Assembly: GCA_964016885.1 (NCBI GenBank)
Contig: OZ024745.1
Span: forward strand, 111,600,001 to 111,664,000
Direction: 5' to 3'
DNA: 64,000 bases
DNA from: Eledone cirrhosa
Taxonomy: Eukaryota
Shown here one piece after another: positions 1-13,650 of this stretch (positions are counted from its first letter, which is position 1; every line of letters begins with the position of its first letter). A model generated the notes under the pieces. It ran no database searches. It worked only from the letters and a program-made list of their open reading frames with translations, and was not told the origin of the DNA. The position numbers and the translations under genes were made by a program.

Positions 1-914
1 CTGACACTTCAAAACAAAAACTAATATAGAAGGGAGAAGATATCTGCCTGTCAATTGAACACTATCAGAATTGTTGCTTCTCAGTTAAGGAATTTGGTTT
101 TCAATAGCAGAGGAAGCAGGTCAATCCTAGCTAGTTAGTGAAACTTCCTTCCACTGACGCAGATTCCTATAATGACAACAAGTTAAGTGAAGATCAATGG
201 CTGTTCAATTATTTTATGTACTAATGACATGGACCTCTAGACATTGAATTGAAACCCAAGGTTGGCCTTCTCTCATGTGAAAGATTCATAAAGTTTAAAA
301 ATAATAAATGTAACAAAAAAGTTTAGTTTCTGTTTTTTTTCTTTCTAAATTAAAAAGGAATTCTAAAATAAAATTTAAACAAACTGGCTTTTACGTAATT
401 TAATGGTAGGATAACTACATTTTAATCAATTGTAAAAAAAAAAAAAAAAAATTAGCAAAGATGTATTAAATAATTAATTATGATATTTAAAGATGTATTT
501 TTGTTTGTTTGTTTTTTTAAACTTGAGAAATTTAATAACACAAAAAAATAATAATAATGTATAAATTTCACTGCTGTAAGGGTACAATACACATGCAACA
601 AGCTCGAGAACATGATTAGATTCTGTAGTACCACAAACTATTACAAAACTACACATTACATAAATCAAATAGAAACTCCATTCTCTGAAATCGTTCAGTC
701 TAGTTCTTCAGGTTTTATCTTATTTTTGTTTTTATTGAAGATCAGGATTATCAATAAATATATATATATTTATAATATTTATTTTCAGTTTGATTAGAGT
801 CGAGCAAGTCTGCAAAGTTTTCATCATTTATTGTTGCAAACTGGTCCATAACCTGACTGCCGTAACCAATATCACTTCTCTGCTTGATTTTCCTTATCTA
901 TCTATATATATATA

Positions 915-993
915 CAGGGTGTCCCCAAAAAATGTACACACACTTCAACAGCATTTTAATCAAAGTGTGTATACATTTTTGGGGGACACCCTG
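915..993. mobile_element. Tc1/mariner-type mini-MITE (79 bp)
   Basis: TIRs CAGGGTGTCCCCAAAAAATGTACACACAC / GTGTGTATACATTTTTGGGGGACACCCTG flanked by TA; partial relatives near 30035-30065 and 51713-51797. Confidence 0.8.
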
Positions 994-995
994 TA

Positions 996-2092
996 TCATC
1001 ATCATCATCATCATCACCGTTTTACGTCCGTTCTTCCACGCTAGCATGGGTTAGACGGGTTGTCCTGTTGTGGGCAGTGTCTGGTCGGCTGACCATGCCT
1101 TGCTCATACAGGAACTGATCTGGCTTGATTTCTACAGCTGGATGCCCTTCCTAACACCAACCTCATTTACAGTGAGTGCTGGGTGCTTTTTCGTGGCGCC
1201 TACACGTCCACTTTACAGTGTGGGCTGGGTGCTTTTTTGCCGTGGCACCTCCACGACCACCTTGCGGTGGGGGGGGGGCATATTGTTTATATGCTTCAGC
1301 ATGTACCCATGGGAGGTCGGGTACCCTGTATTACTGCGTGACGCCAGAAGTCACGGTCGTGTGTCATTGACTTTGAGAGGTGTAGTTGGGTAAGGTCGGC
1401 TTTTATCACCTCATCCCAAGTCATCTTGGGTCTCCCCACTCCGCGGTTTCCATCAACTTCTAGTGCTCTGCACCTTTTTATGCAGCTGTCATCCTTCATA
1501 CGCATCACATGTCCATACCAGCGTAACCGCCTCTCCTGCACGCAGCATTTGATTCCTCTTATGCTCAGTCTCTCTCTCAATTCCTTTATGCTTTGTCGTT
1601 CACGTATATTACTGTTACACATCCATCGGAGCATGCAGGCTTCGTTTCTCTCTAATCTACGTAAGTCTTCCACCTTCAGCGCCCAGGTCTCACTACCATG
1701 CAACATCGCTGTTCGGATACACGCATCATACAGTCTGCCTTTCATTCTGAGGGAGAAGCCTTTTGCAGCTGGCAGTGGTAGTAGTTCCCTAAACTTCTTC
1801 CATCCCGTTCTTACCCTAGTTATTGTACTTTCTGAGCACCCACCTCCGTTGCTAATTCGGTCACCTAGGTAGCAGAAGCTGTCTACTGTTTCTACAGGGC
1901 CCTCCCAGAGATTGGTGGTCCTTGTTTCCTGTGGCTGTTTGCTTGCTGTTTCAGCACAGCTGCTGCATGTGAATCCTACATTCTTAATTAAGCTTCCTGA
2001 GATCCCGCTACATCTCTTGTGTACCCATTGTTTGCATTTGGGGCAGAGAATGGAGTTCCTACCTACACCTTTCCTACATACTGAGCAAGGCC
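996..2092 (-). mobile_element. RTE-clade LINE, 5'-truncated 3' end (family A, long 3' UTR)
   Basis: ORF 1296-1745 (KGRLYDACIRTAMLHGSETW...RLRWYGHVMR...GRPKMTW) is a typical RTE ORF C-terminus; Cys/His finger remnant upstream; (GAT)n tail reads as (CAT)n at 996. Confidence 0.92.
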
Positions 2093-2544
2093 TGTATATT
2101 TATGTATATATGTGTGTATATATATGTGTGTACACACGCACACATATATATATATCAGAAGCATTCTTACATTTACTTTTCCATACTAGCATGGGTTGGA
2201 CATACTTTCTGAGTGTGTTTAATGGTCAGATGGCCTTTATAAAATTGACCCTTTTAGTTGTTTCTTGTGGCATACAGAGATAAGTACCTATGCTAAAAAC
2301 CAGGATAAACAGGCAGTCCCCGAATCAAATCTTCAATTCCCTATACTCTTTTCCCTATCTTCCATTATATGTTTGGCTTCGACATAACACTGTTATGTAA
2401 TTCTGTCGAAGTTGCTTGATGAGATCATCCTGTCTTGTATCATATTTGGATGGTGGAGCTGGGCCATCGAAATATGTATAGCGATTGCAAGGAATTAAAA
2501 TTTTAAAGCATATTTTCCAGTTCAGCCTTCTGTTGTTATTTAAT

Positions 2545-2815
2545 ATCATCATCATCATTTAACGTCCGCTTTTCCCTGCTTGCAAGGGTGGGACGGGAAC
2601 TGATTCTGGCTTGATTTCTACAGCTGGATGCCCTTCCTAACACCAACCTCATTTACAGTGAGTGCTGGGTGCTTTTTTGCCGTGGCACCTCCATGACCAC
2701 TTTGCAGTGGAATGATATGGACTCCAGTCCCTATCATCTCATTTCTACAGCTGAGTAAACTGGAGCAATGTGAAATAAAGTGTCTTGGTCAAGGAAACAA
2801 CATATATAGGAAACA
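2545..2815 (-). mobile_element. CORE-like SINE fragment with RTE-derived tail
   Basis: CORE-like segment (ttgtttccttgaccaagacactttatttcacattgctccagtttactcagctgtagaaatgag on minus), then RTE-A 3' UTR, then RTE-B terminal ~40 bp and (GAT)n; near-identical inverted copy at 52868-53121. Confidence 0.75.
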
Positions 2816-2839
2816 ACACGCACACATATATATATATTT

Positions 2840-3075
2840 GCATGTAATTGTTTTTCACCACTCCAAATAATGATGTATTATATTCGTTTTTTCCCGTTCT
2901 TGGCCAGGGAACGTTTCTACGAACCAAAGTATCGTTTTCCTGTCTTCTTCCGGTTGCAACGTTTTTTGAAATATTCACTTCCGCGTTCACAGATTGACTT
3001 TGTTAGTTTCAGAAGATCCCGTTAAGGGTGAAAGCAGCGATTCTTTGCTTAAACTTTAATCTGTTATTTTAATAA
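2840..3075 (+). mobile_element. Internal fragment of the non-autonomous Helitron at 33470-34095
   Basis: 2955-3075 is the reverse complement of about 33634-33750. Confidence 0.6.
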
Positions 3076-3429
3076 ATATATATATATATATATATAGTTC
3101 AGATAAGTTGAGAAAACAACTATATGTTTGGTCAAGTAAAGTTTAAGCTCAATGCGAGTTGATAATCCACAGGTGCGAAGGGTGTAGAGCATATAAAGGT
3201 AATCTGATGGGTACGATCTAATCACTGTATGGTTTGTTTTCACAGAGCATATATACAAAAATATAAACAAATGAACCAAGACTGTTTATTATATATTTAA
3301 CTGACTGACAAGCTACATAAGAATGTGTAATACGTTCCTGTAAACCAGATAGTCAGGGTCTATAAAAGAGACATTACCTTCTGTTGTGCATATTAGTGGT
3401 CAGTACAATATGCACTATGGAAGGTAATG

Positions 3430-4280
3430 TTAATTCAATTTAGTAACTTGTCAAAGATCTTCTCCAAATTGACAAATGCTAGCTACAGTGGCTCATTCTT
3501 AGCTAAGGACTTCACATGTATTTATCTCTCTAAGAACAGGGCATCGGTAGAAGCCTGGCCTGGCAAAAATTTAAACTGCATCTCATTTGTGCTAATTCTC
3601 TTCTTAATCAGTTATGTTAAGTTTTTCTCTGTTACTTTCATAAGTTAGAGGCTTCTATCTAGAACATTCCTTTGCCTTTGTAGCTGTTGATTATGATACT
3701 GCTAGACCAGTCATTGATTATGTATGATACTCCCCTAAACTACCTGGTTAAGTATACAAATGAGTAGCTTGAGCCCTATTTTACTAGATATTTTCAACAT
3801 CTTGTAGACCAGGCATGTCCAACATGCGGCGCTTTACAAGCACACCTGCGGCCTGCATAAAGGTTTTTACAGCGCGAGCACGTTTTATATTCATAATATA
3901 AAATTTTTTAAATGTTTTGTAATGTGTGCAATTAATTGTCATGTGTGGCCCTTTGACAACACATATGTGACCCGTGTGGCGCTCAGACAACACATATGTG
4001 ACCCATGTGGCCCTCAGGGGACCCTCAGATTGACATGCCTGTTATAGACTATCTGTGGTGGGTCAGCTGCGAGACCAGTCATTGATTATGTATGATACTC
4101 CCCTAAACTAGCGGGTTACTTATGCAAATGAATAGCTTGAGCCCTATTTTACCAGATATTTTCAGCACCTTGTAGGCTATCCTTGCCTTCATATGTATAA
4201 TGACTATTTCAACCATAGTTAGTCTGCCTGTTGGGTCTGCTTGGGATAGTCATTCTTCCTCCCACACATGTTCCACATTC
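3430..4280 (-). pseudogene. Old degenerate RTE RT fragment with internal duplication
   Basis: Minus strand reads EMQFKFLPGQASTDALF...AFVNLEKIFD, matching RT motifs 2-3 of the 41496-41792 ORF; ~105 bp duplicated (3706-3809 and 4073-4178). Confidence 0.65.
3810..4041. mobile_element. hAT-type MITE
   Basis: TIR CAGGCATGTC...GACATGCCTG; 8-bp TSD ttgtagac/ttatagac. Confidence 0.8.
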
Positions 4281-4416
4281 AGAAAACGTTCATAATAACT
4301 TTTCCATGTCTCTTGTATCACAACTATAAGTTTCATATTTCCAGATCAGTTAAACAATCCGGGGGAGAAGGAATACCTCAGAATTATGATTCAAAAATCT
4401 TCAGCTACCAACAATA

Positions 4417-4453
<37 letters not shown>

Positions 4454-4685
4454 CTATACCTATGTATGTATACACACAATTATTTATGTGTGCTTTTACA
4501 TATTCACGATCCCACACATATGAGCACCCTTATACACTTCCATCAATATTTTAACTATTTGCTGGTGATAGTTTCACTTTTCAAAATTAGATTATCTATG
4601 GTATTATATTACATTTCCTGTTCTTGTCTTGCTGAAACAACACTATGAATAACTACTGCCACTCTGCTGAGAGAGACAGGCAGTC

Positions 4686-4735
<50 letters not shown>

Positions 4736-5376
4736 GATGTGTGTGTGTATGTGTGTGTGTGTGTGTGCATGCACGTGCATGAGTGCATGTATATGGAGAA
4801 AGAGAGAGAGAGAAGGGGTAGTATTAAGGCAGTTTTTCTGACCACACAAATGTGTCCACACTTCCACTCAGTGCCAACAACCTAAGGCAACAAAACAAAG
4901 AAAAGGGTGCCAGCAATTCAGCAGAATATGCCAGGATTAATCTCAATACATGTCCCATTGTCCCCCAAGGCTGTTGGTATCTTCAGTGTGAAAGCTCTTT
5001 AGCATGGCAATCCTGCAAGAAAGGAAGTGGCCACTGCACCTACCCACCTACCCACCTAGCCATTCACACACAGACACCTACTCCCATGATGTATTTAGCA
5101 TAGTTAAAAGAGAGAACACTTCAACAAATCAAAGTTGTTGCCAAACCTACTCATAATACTAGATTTGTCTGTGAAAGAACCCCTTAAGGGATCTTGTCAA
5201 TAAATATTTTCCTCTGGTCTCTTGATGACAACACAGCTTTCAGGAACCAACATTTTACCACTTATATAAGTTTAGCTTATTTGAAAGATGGCTTCTGTCA
5301 ATGAAAGCTTAATGAATATCTATAGGAGAGGGAAGAATAATGTATGTATGCATGTGTGTACACATGTATGTATATG

Positions 5377-5422
<46 letters not shown>

Positions 5423-5449
5423 TATGTATATATACATATAGATACATAG

Positions 5450-5508
<59 letters not shown>

Positions 5509-5706
5509 TACACACATATACACAGATATATACATACATACACATATACTCATATATACATATACATACATACATATACATACATGCATGCATACATACA
5601 TACTTATATATTGCTATACTTGGGGGGGGGGGTATGCTGCCAATAAAAACACATGCACCTGTTGGTTTTCACTCTTGCTAGCAGGAAAAGTGAACATTAA
5701 ATGATG

Positions 5707-5769
<63 letters not shown>

Positions 5770-5774
<5 letters not shown>

Positions 5775-5856
5775 GGAAAATTTGAACAGGAACAAGACAG
5801 AGAAGCAGTACAACGAATGTTTATTAATTTCACGCTCTTGAGAGTGGGGTGGTGAT
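5770..5856 (-). mobile_element. Truncated copy of the hammerhead-bearing retrozyme-like repeat in (TA)n
   Basis: Reverse complement matches 51590-51678 and 45417-45502; (TA)n on both sides. Confidence 0.75.
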
Positions 5857-5879
5857 ATATATATATATATATATATATC

Positions 5880-6125
5880 ATTATCATCATCACTGTTTAA
5901 TGTCCATTTTACCACGCTCGCATGGGTTAGACGAGTTGTCCTGTTGTAAGAAATGCCAAGTCAGGTGACCATATCTTGCTCATACAGAACTGATTTTGGC
6001 TTGGTTTTTACAGCTGGAAGCCCTTCCTAATGCCAACCATATTTACAGTGTGGACTGGATGCTTTTTATCATGGCACCAAAACAACCAGCTGACAGGGAC
6101 TGGTTACTTTTTGTCATGTCACATG
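5880..6125 (-). mobile_element. Diverged RTE-A 3' UTR fragment
   Basis: catgggttagacgagttgtcc...cagctggaagcccttcctaa motif and (CAT)n tail. Confidence 0.75.
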
Positions 6126-8028
6126 CTATAAACAACATATAACTACAACTACAATACATACAATATCTACACTTTTATTCTATTTGTTTAAGTCACTGGA
6201 CTACAACAATGCAGGGATTCTATCTTCAAGGGTCTTAGTCAATAATATCAATCCCAATACTAAGTCTGATACTAATTTTATTTATGTGCAATTTGTGAAT
6301 GAATAAGTTCACCAGCCTTAGATCCCTTCAGTGAGTTACTTCAAGTAACATACAATGACATCTATTTTACTATTTTACTACCAATCTGTCTGTGCTAAAG
6401 TATTCATAGTTAAATAAAAATCTGAATCAAAACTTATTACAAAATGAATGATAGATAATATGATATTCTAGATGGTCAACACCAACACAATATACCAACA
6501 TATAATGTCAGATACTAAACCACCAGAAAGTCTTCATTATATTGAAAATTAATTGAAACACTTAGGCAGTCTACTTGTTAGAAATATAGTCACGAAAATG
6601 ATAAAAAGAGAAACTGTTGATAATTTCAATAAACAGCCTATTATGGTGTTTCAACTGAAAATGTTTCTTTCATGGAAGAGACTGTGCTATGTGTGCCTGT
6701 GTGCCTGTGTGTGTGTTTGCGTGAGTATGTAATTGTAAACAAGCAAGGATATTTATCTACAAGTTGTGTGAGTGGGATGACAAAGAGAAAGAAAGGCAGA
6801 CAGACAGTCAAGAACAGACAGTCAGGAAATATAAATGGCACACAATATAATACAGAATAATTGTCACTGAAGAGAGAGATGTTCCTGTATAGATGAGTGT
6901 TGTTTAACATTTTTCTTTTTTTTTTTTTTTTTTTTTTTTGTTATTTCATTTTAAATGGATTTAAAAGACAGAATAAATCTATAAAACTTTCAGAAATCAT
7001 ATGATGATAGCTGGTATCAGTATGAGGCAAGCAGCCCAAGGCCTAAATCACTGAGATGTTTTAACAACATATCAAATAAATCATACCAACAGACATAACT
7101 TCAGTTACCAATTGAATTAGCTGCTTTTCAATCTAATATCTGACATGGCCATGCTGAGATACCCAAATATATACAGAAAAAAATATTTTAAAAAATATAA
7201 TACATTCAAAAGACTGTCAATGTCAAGATTAAGTCAGAAAGAGCAGCAACTAAATGCATTAGGATAGCTTCAGATAGTTTAAGCTAAAATGCAATGAAAC
7301 AAAGACATTCTTTTTTAATACCTTAATACCAATATTATGAGTCATGATTGCTGAGAAGTTAAGGCACTGGATTACTGACCATAGGATCATAGGTTCAAAC
7401 CTCACTGCTACAAAAACTGTGTTGTGCCAAAGCAAAACATATAAGTGTGCTTGTAATGCACAAAAAAAAAAATAATGCAATTCAGTTATACATATGTAGA
7501 AACTTCTAGAGGTACCTGGAAGATCTCCATCTATGGAACCTGATTAAATGGCAAATCAGTTTAAATACAACTGTGGACATACTCTACAATATGTACTCAA
7601 TACTATTTACTCTTTCATTTATAAAAATGTGTGTGTTTGTGTGTGTGTATGTATTACATGGCAGTATTTTGTCAAAAATGTTACTTATAGTTTTGGATAA
7701 CTTTGAACAGTGAGGTTTGTAATATGTCGTTGTTGGAATAACATAATCTTAACTATAATAAAGAATATAGTTAACAATTCATCAGATGTGTTTTGACTGT
7801 CTGTCAACTACTCCATGTGTGATTAAAAACAATTCCTTTCAGTATTTTGGGAGAAATTTTAACAGTTTTCACTGCAAAACTACATAAAGAGTGATGACTC
7901 CAGGGGGACTAGCTATCATAGGGGTTACTATAGAGGGCTGTGTTCCTTGTCATGACATCAAAAGATATTCCAGATAATAACGAAATGTAGGATAAAAATA
8001 ATTCAAATGAAATATACTATTTATTCAT

Positions 8029-8096
8029 TTATATAATCAATATAAATATCGGTAGAGTGGTAGTAAGCCATGACAGACTAGGGGAGGTATCTGGTA
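8029..8096 (-). other. Candidate alternative terminal exon
   Basis: ~160-nt pyrimidine-rich stretch then ...taagcag|; phase-1 reading PDTSPSLSWLTTTLPIFILII* followed at once by AATAAA; frame unknown. Confidence 0.3.
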
Positions 8097-8380
8097 CTGC
8101 TTACAGTTAAGAAACAAAAACTAGATATACAAAGATGAGGGAATAAAAATATAAAAATAAAACTTCTTAAAAAAATAATATAAAATAAAAATTTGAATAG
8201 AGAAAGCCAACAAGAGGCAAAATAAGCATAAAAAAAAGATAAAGAAAAATGGGAAGCAAGGAAAGCTGTAAGGCAGCCAGGAGGTTCTGTTGTTGAATCT
8301 TTTCCTAGCTTCCATGTACTCCAGGATATTGTTGCATATACAAATGACATAAGGATAAATTACTTGTTAGATGGCAAAAT

Positions 8381-10284
8381 AACAGTGCTATGTCTCAGTG
8401 GATTGCTATAGCAACAACCATGATGGTTAACACTGCTATGTCTCAGTGGATTGCTATAGCAACAACCATGATGGTTAACACTGCTATGTCTCAGTGGATT
8501 GCTATAGCAACAACCATGATGGTTAACACTGCTATGTCTCAGTGGATTGCTATAGCAACAACCATGATGGTTAACACTGCTATGTCTCAGTGGATTGCTA
8601 TAGTAACAACCATGATGGTTAACACTGCTATGTCTCATTGGATTGCTATAGTAACAACCATGATAGTTAACACTTATGTGTCACTGGATTGCTATAGCAA
8701 CAACCATGATGGTTAACACTGCTATGTCTCAGTGGATTGTTATAGCAACAACCATGATGGTTAACACTGCTATGTCTCACTAGATTGTTATAACAAGAAC
8801 CATGATGGTTAACACTGCTATGTCTCAGTGGATTGTTATACCAACAGCCATGATGGTTAACACTGCTGTCTCACTGTATTTGATTGTTATACTAACAGCC
8901 ATGATGTCTATCACTGTTAATAATCAAATTGATTGTTATACCAACAGCCAAAATGTCTATCACTTTTATGTCTCACTGTATTTGATTGTTAAACCAACAG
9001 CCATGATGTCTATCACTGTTATGTCTCACTGTATTTGATTGTTAAACCAACAGCCATGATGTCTATCACTGTTATGTCTCACTGTATTTGATTGTTAAAC
9101 CAACAGCCATGATGTCTATCACTGTTATGTCTCACTGTATTTGATTGTTATAACAACAGCCATGATGTCTATCACTGTTATGTCTCACTGTATTTGATTG
9201 TTAAACCAACAGCCATGATGTCTATCACTGTTATGTCTCACTGTATTTGATTGTTAAACCAACAGCCATGATGTCTATCACTGTTATGTCTCACTGTATT
9301 TGATTGTTAAACCAACAGCCATGATGTCTATCACTGTTATGTCTCACTGTATTTGATTGTTAAACCAACAGCCATGATGTCTATCACTGTTATGTCTCAC
9401 TGTATTTGATTGTTATACCAACAGCCATGATGTCTATCACTGTTATGTCTCACTGTATTTGATTGTTATAACAACAGCCATGATGTCTATCACTGTTATG
9501 TCTCACTGTATTTGATTGTTATAACAACAGCCATGATGTCTATCACTGTTATGTCTCACTGTATTTGATTGTTATAACAACAGCCATGATGTCTATCACT
9601 GTTATGTCTCACTGTATTTGATTGTTATACCAACAGCCATGATGTCTATCACTGTTATGTATCACTGTATTTGATTGTTATACTAACAGCCATGATGTCT
9701 ATCACTGTTATGTCTCACTGTATTTGATTGTTATACCAACAGCCATGATGTCTATCACTGTTATGTCTCACTGTATTTGATTGTTATAACAACAGCCATG
9801 ATGTCTATCACTGTTATGTCTCACTGTATTTGATTGTTATAACAACAGCCATGATGGTTAACACTGCTGTCTCACAGTATTTGATTGTTATACCAACAGC
9901 CATGATGTCTATCACTGTTATGTCTCACTGTATTTGATTGTTATACCAACAGCCATGATGTCTATCACTGTTATGTCTCACTGTATTTGATTGTTATACT
10001 AACAGCCATGATGTCTATCACTGTTATGTCTCACTGTATTTGATTGTTATACTAACAGCCATGATGTCTATCACTGTTATGTCTCACTGTATTTGATTGT
10101 TATACTAACAGCCATGGTGTCTATCACTGTTATGTCTCACTGTATTTGATTGTTATACTAACACAGCCATGATGTCTATCACTGTTATGTCTCACTGTAT
10201 TTGATTGTTATACTAACACAGCCATGATGTCTATCACTGTTATGTCTCACTGTATTTGATTGTTATACTAACAGCCATGGTGTC
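8381..10284. repeat. Minisatellite: ~10 x 48-bp units grading into ~26 x 53-bp units
   Basis: Unit 1 aacactgctatgtctcagtggattgctatagcaacaaccatgatggtt; unit 2 tatcactgttatgtctcactgtatttgattgttataccaacagccatgatgtc. Confidence 0.95.
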
Positions 10285-12285
10285 TTGAGCAAATGGGCCA
10301 ATAAGAAGAAAATCTAAGGTGATGGTATGGTTGATCAATATTAGCGGCTTAGGTTGACGTCTGATTCTGGCAATAACTAAAGAATTCAAAGTAGACGGGT
10401 GTGTAAAAAAAAAATAGAGGGAGTAACAGACATAGATATATTGGAAATTATAAAAGTCAAAAAATTAAAGAATAAAGAAATGTACTGTTAAAAGGTTCAG
10501 CTAGAGAAGGCTAAATTGATAAAGGGTTTAGGTTGTCTAATTTTAGCAATAAATCAAGAACTCTTAGGATGTGGGAAGAAGGTTAAAAAACAAAAAAGAG
10601 TAACAAGGTATAGATTATTGGAAAATTAATTATAAGAAACAAATTATAAGAAGCAAATAGTTCAAGAAAAAGAAAAAGGATAACAACAATGATCAAAGGT
10701 TTTCCAGCAAATGTAGTTTAAGATTTTGGTCATCACTGCCATGAAAGAACTGCAATTGGCAGCAGATGACTAGATCAAACTTAGGGAAAGGGAAAGAATA
10801 AAAAAGAAATATAAGTGTGTTTTTTTTTATATTTTTTTATATATAAATGTGTATATCAAATTTAGAAGAGATATATCGTACCCCTGTTTGTCATAAGAAG
10901 CGACCAAAAGGGATAGTGTCAGGACGAGCATACTGCTGTAAAACAGTTTTAACAAAGTCTCGTCTAGCCCATGCTAGCATAGAAAATTTGACATAAAAAT
11001 GATAATGATACTCATTGATTTTCAATTAAGTTTTAATATTAGACAAAAAATAATTCACTCCCTCTCAAGCCTTTTCAAGTGTTCACTTTAAAACTGAAGA
11101 CAAAGGTTTGAACTATTGATTCCAAAATATGTGTTATCAGATTTTATCATAAGACACTGGGATGTGGATTTATCAACTGGAACTGAATCAGTTTTATCAA
11201 CTTTAGAATTCAATGCTTTATTAAGTAAACTAAACAATGTCTATATTCTACAAAGGGAACTAATACCATCAACACATTTCACATAAGAAGAAAGAAAATA
11301 ATATGTATCCCATATTTCAAATTATTTGCAGCAGATAACAAAAAAAAAAATAGTTGGTGGATATCACATAAGATAGTTTCAGTATAATAGCAAGAAAAAT
11401 TACTTCAAATAATATGGCTATAGTATCAAATAGAAAACTTGGTGATGCTGTGATCTCTGAGAAGAAGAAAAAAAATTAAAATTAATATATATAGGTAGGG
11501 TTAATCGTTACATTCGTAAACAACATTTCAATGTTTTTGGGGGTTTTTTTTCTTTCTTTACTATAAAACATCAAACGAGTAAAGCAACATTTAGCTTTGC
11601 TCGGTGAACTGTTTAAGCATCATATCGTTATTTTACATGAAGGCAAGTCTAGGGAAAGCTCTTGTTATTCAATTCCACAATGAAACATTGTAGAAATGTA
11701 ATCCTGTAAATCTATTATGAACTTTGATTCAGGTTTATATCAAAGTACGAGGTTTCTCCTCATCTTGTTATGTCAAGATTCAGTTTCTAGCAGAAATGGA
11801 GCAAATCTTTTAATGTCTTCAAATACAATATAAGAAGGAATTTTCCTCTAATAATTTCAAGTGATTTGTTTGTTTGTTTTAATAATGAATCATTCAGTTT
11901 CTCTTCATTGCATATACATCGATAAAAATAACATTTTTTTAGAGTTTTTGGCAGAAAGTATCTTACTTCTAATTTATATGCAAACCAATTAAATGAAAGA
12001 TTAAGAAATGTGTTAGTGAATCACAAATATTACAAAAATAGTTGTAAATGATCTAATTACAATGACAAAAAGTAAGAATATGAACAACTAATGTAAGATA
12101 CTTCCAGCAATCTGCTTTAATCTGGTGGTTATCTAAAGTGTCAAACATACTCCTTTGAGACCAAAGACTTTAAAGATAAGATCTTTCAATTAAATGTTAA
12201 ATGAACAAATAAATATCACTAGTTCAAATTCTAGTCCTGCTCATCAAATATATAAATCAGAGAATTTGTTGCTGTTGTGGTCTTC

Positions 12286-12287
<2 letters not shown>

Positions 12288-12322
<35 letters not shown>

Positions 12323-13650
12323 GTTTAATGTCTATCTTCCACGCTAGCATGGGTTTAGACGGGAATTGTCCCACTTGAGGCAAGATTGGTCGTCTCGCTC
12401 GTATAGGACTGTCTGGCGGGTTTTCTACGGCTGGATGCCCTTCCTAACACCAACCACGTTTACAGTGTGGACTGGGAGGTTTTTACCGTGTTACCTACAT
12501 GACCACATTACAGCGTGGACTGTGTGTTTTTTTTGTCGTGACACCTACACGACCTCATTTATTTAGGACTGGATGTTGTGGTGCCAAGATAACTTTACAG
12601 AGAAAGGGGTGGTGTTGGTGGGGGTGGGGGAGTTGGGGTAGTGGGATGGGGGTATATATTTGATTAAGAGGTGCCTACTGACTGTTGGTTTCGCTTTGTA
12701 CTTAGGCAAGGCAGATTTTCTGTATTACTGTGTAGCGCCAAACATCTCGGTCCAGTGACATTGTCTTGGAGAGGTGTAAGTGTGTAAGGTCGGAATTTAT
12801 CAAATCGTCCCAGGTTTTTCTGGGTCTACCTACTCTGTAACTTCCGTCAATTTTGATCGCCATGCACTTTTTTATACAGCTGTCGTCTTTCATGAGCATC
12901 ACGTGACCATACCAACGTATTCTTCTCTCGAGTAAACAACATCTGATCCCTCTTATTTCTAATTTTTCCCTTAATTCGTTTATGCTTTGCCGTTCACGTA
13001 TATTACTATTACACATCCAGCGGAGCATGCAAGCTTCATTCCTCTCCAGTCTGCGCAGATCCTCTGCACGCAATGCCCATGTCTCACTGCCATGTAACAT
13101 TGCTGTTCGTATACAGGCATCATACAGTCTGCCTTTCATTTTTAGAGAGAAACCTTTAATGGCCAATAATGGTATAAGCTCTCTGAACTTTTTCCATCCT
13201 GTTCTGACTATGGCTACTGTACTTTCAGAGCACCCTCCACCGCTGCAGATTTTGTCACCCAGGTAATGGAAGGTGTCCACTATTTCTATAGAGCCATCTG
13301 GGCAATAGAAGGAGCTAGTATCCTGTGGGCACTTGCTACTTATTGCACTGAGCACCGGCCACATATAAAATCTACATTCTTAGATAGCTTACCTGTGATC
13401 CCACTACATCTTTTATGCACCCATACTTTGCATTTGGGACATAAAATGGAATTTCTTCCTACTCCTTTCTTACACACTGAGCATGGCCATTTCCCAGAGG
13501 GGACCTGTGCCCTATTTTCCTTCCTACATACTAGAACTTTAGTCTTAGACAAGTTAACTTTGAGGCCTTTTTATTCTAGGCCATGCTTCTATGTTTGGAA
13601 TTTCTTCTCTAGTTCAGCCATGAACTATGTTTTTCAGCCATGAGCAGGAG
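12288..13650 (-). mobile_element. RTE-clade LINE, 5'-truncated and frameshifted (family A)
   Basis: ORFs 13340-13552 (KTKVLV..KWPCSVC..CPKC..HKRC..CGRC) and 12702-13364 (FHYLGD..GSETW..WYGHV); 3' UTR and (CAT)n tail. Confidence 0.93.

Noticed and set aside
8381-10284. CRISPR-like array, or ORFs of repeated MSQWIAIATT
   Set aside because: Contiguous tandem units without unique spacers, no cas genes and a eukaryotic context; the ORFs arise from the 48-bp period.
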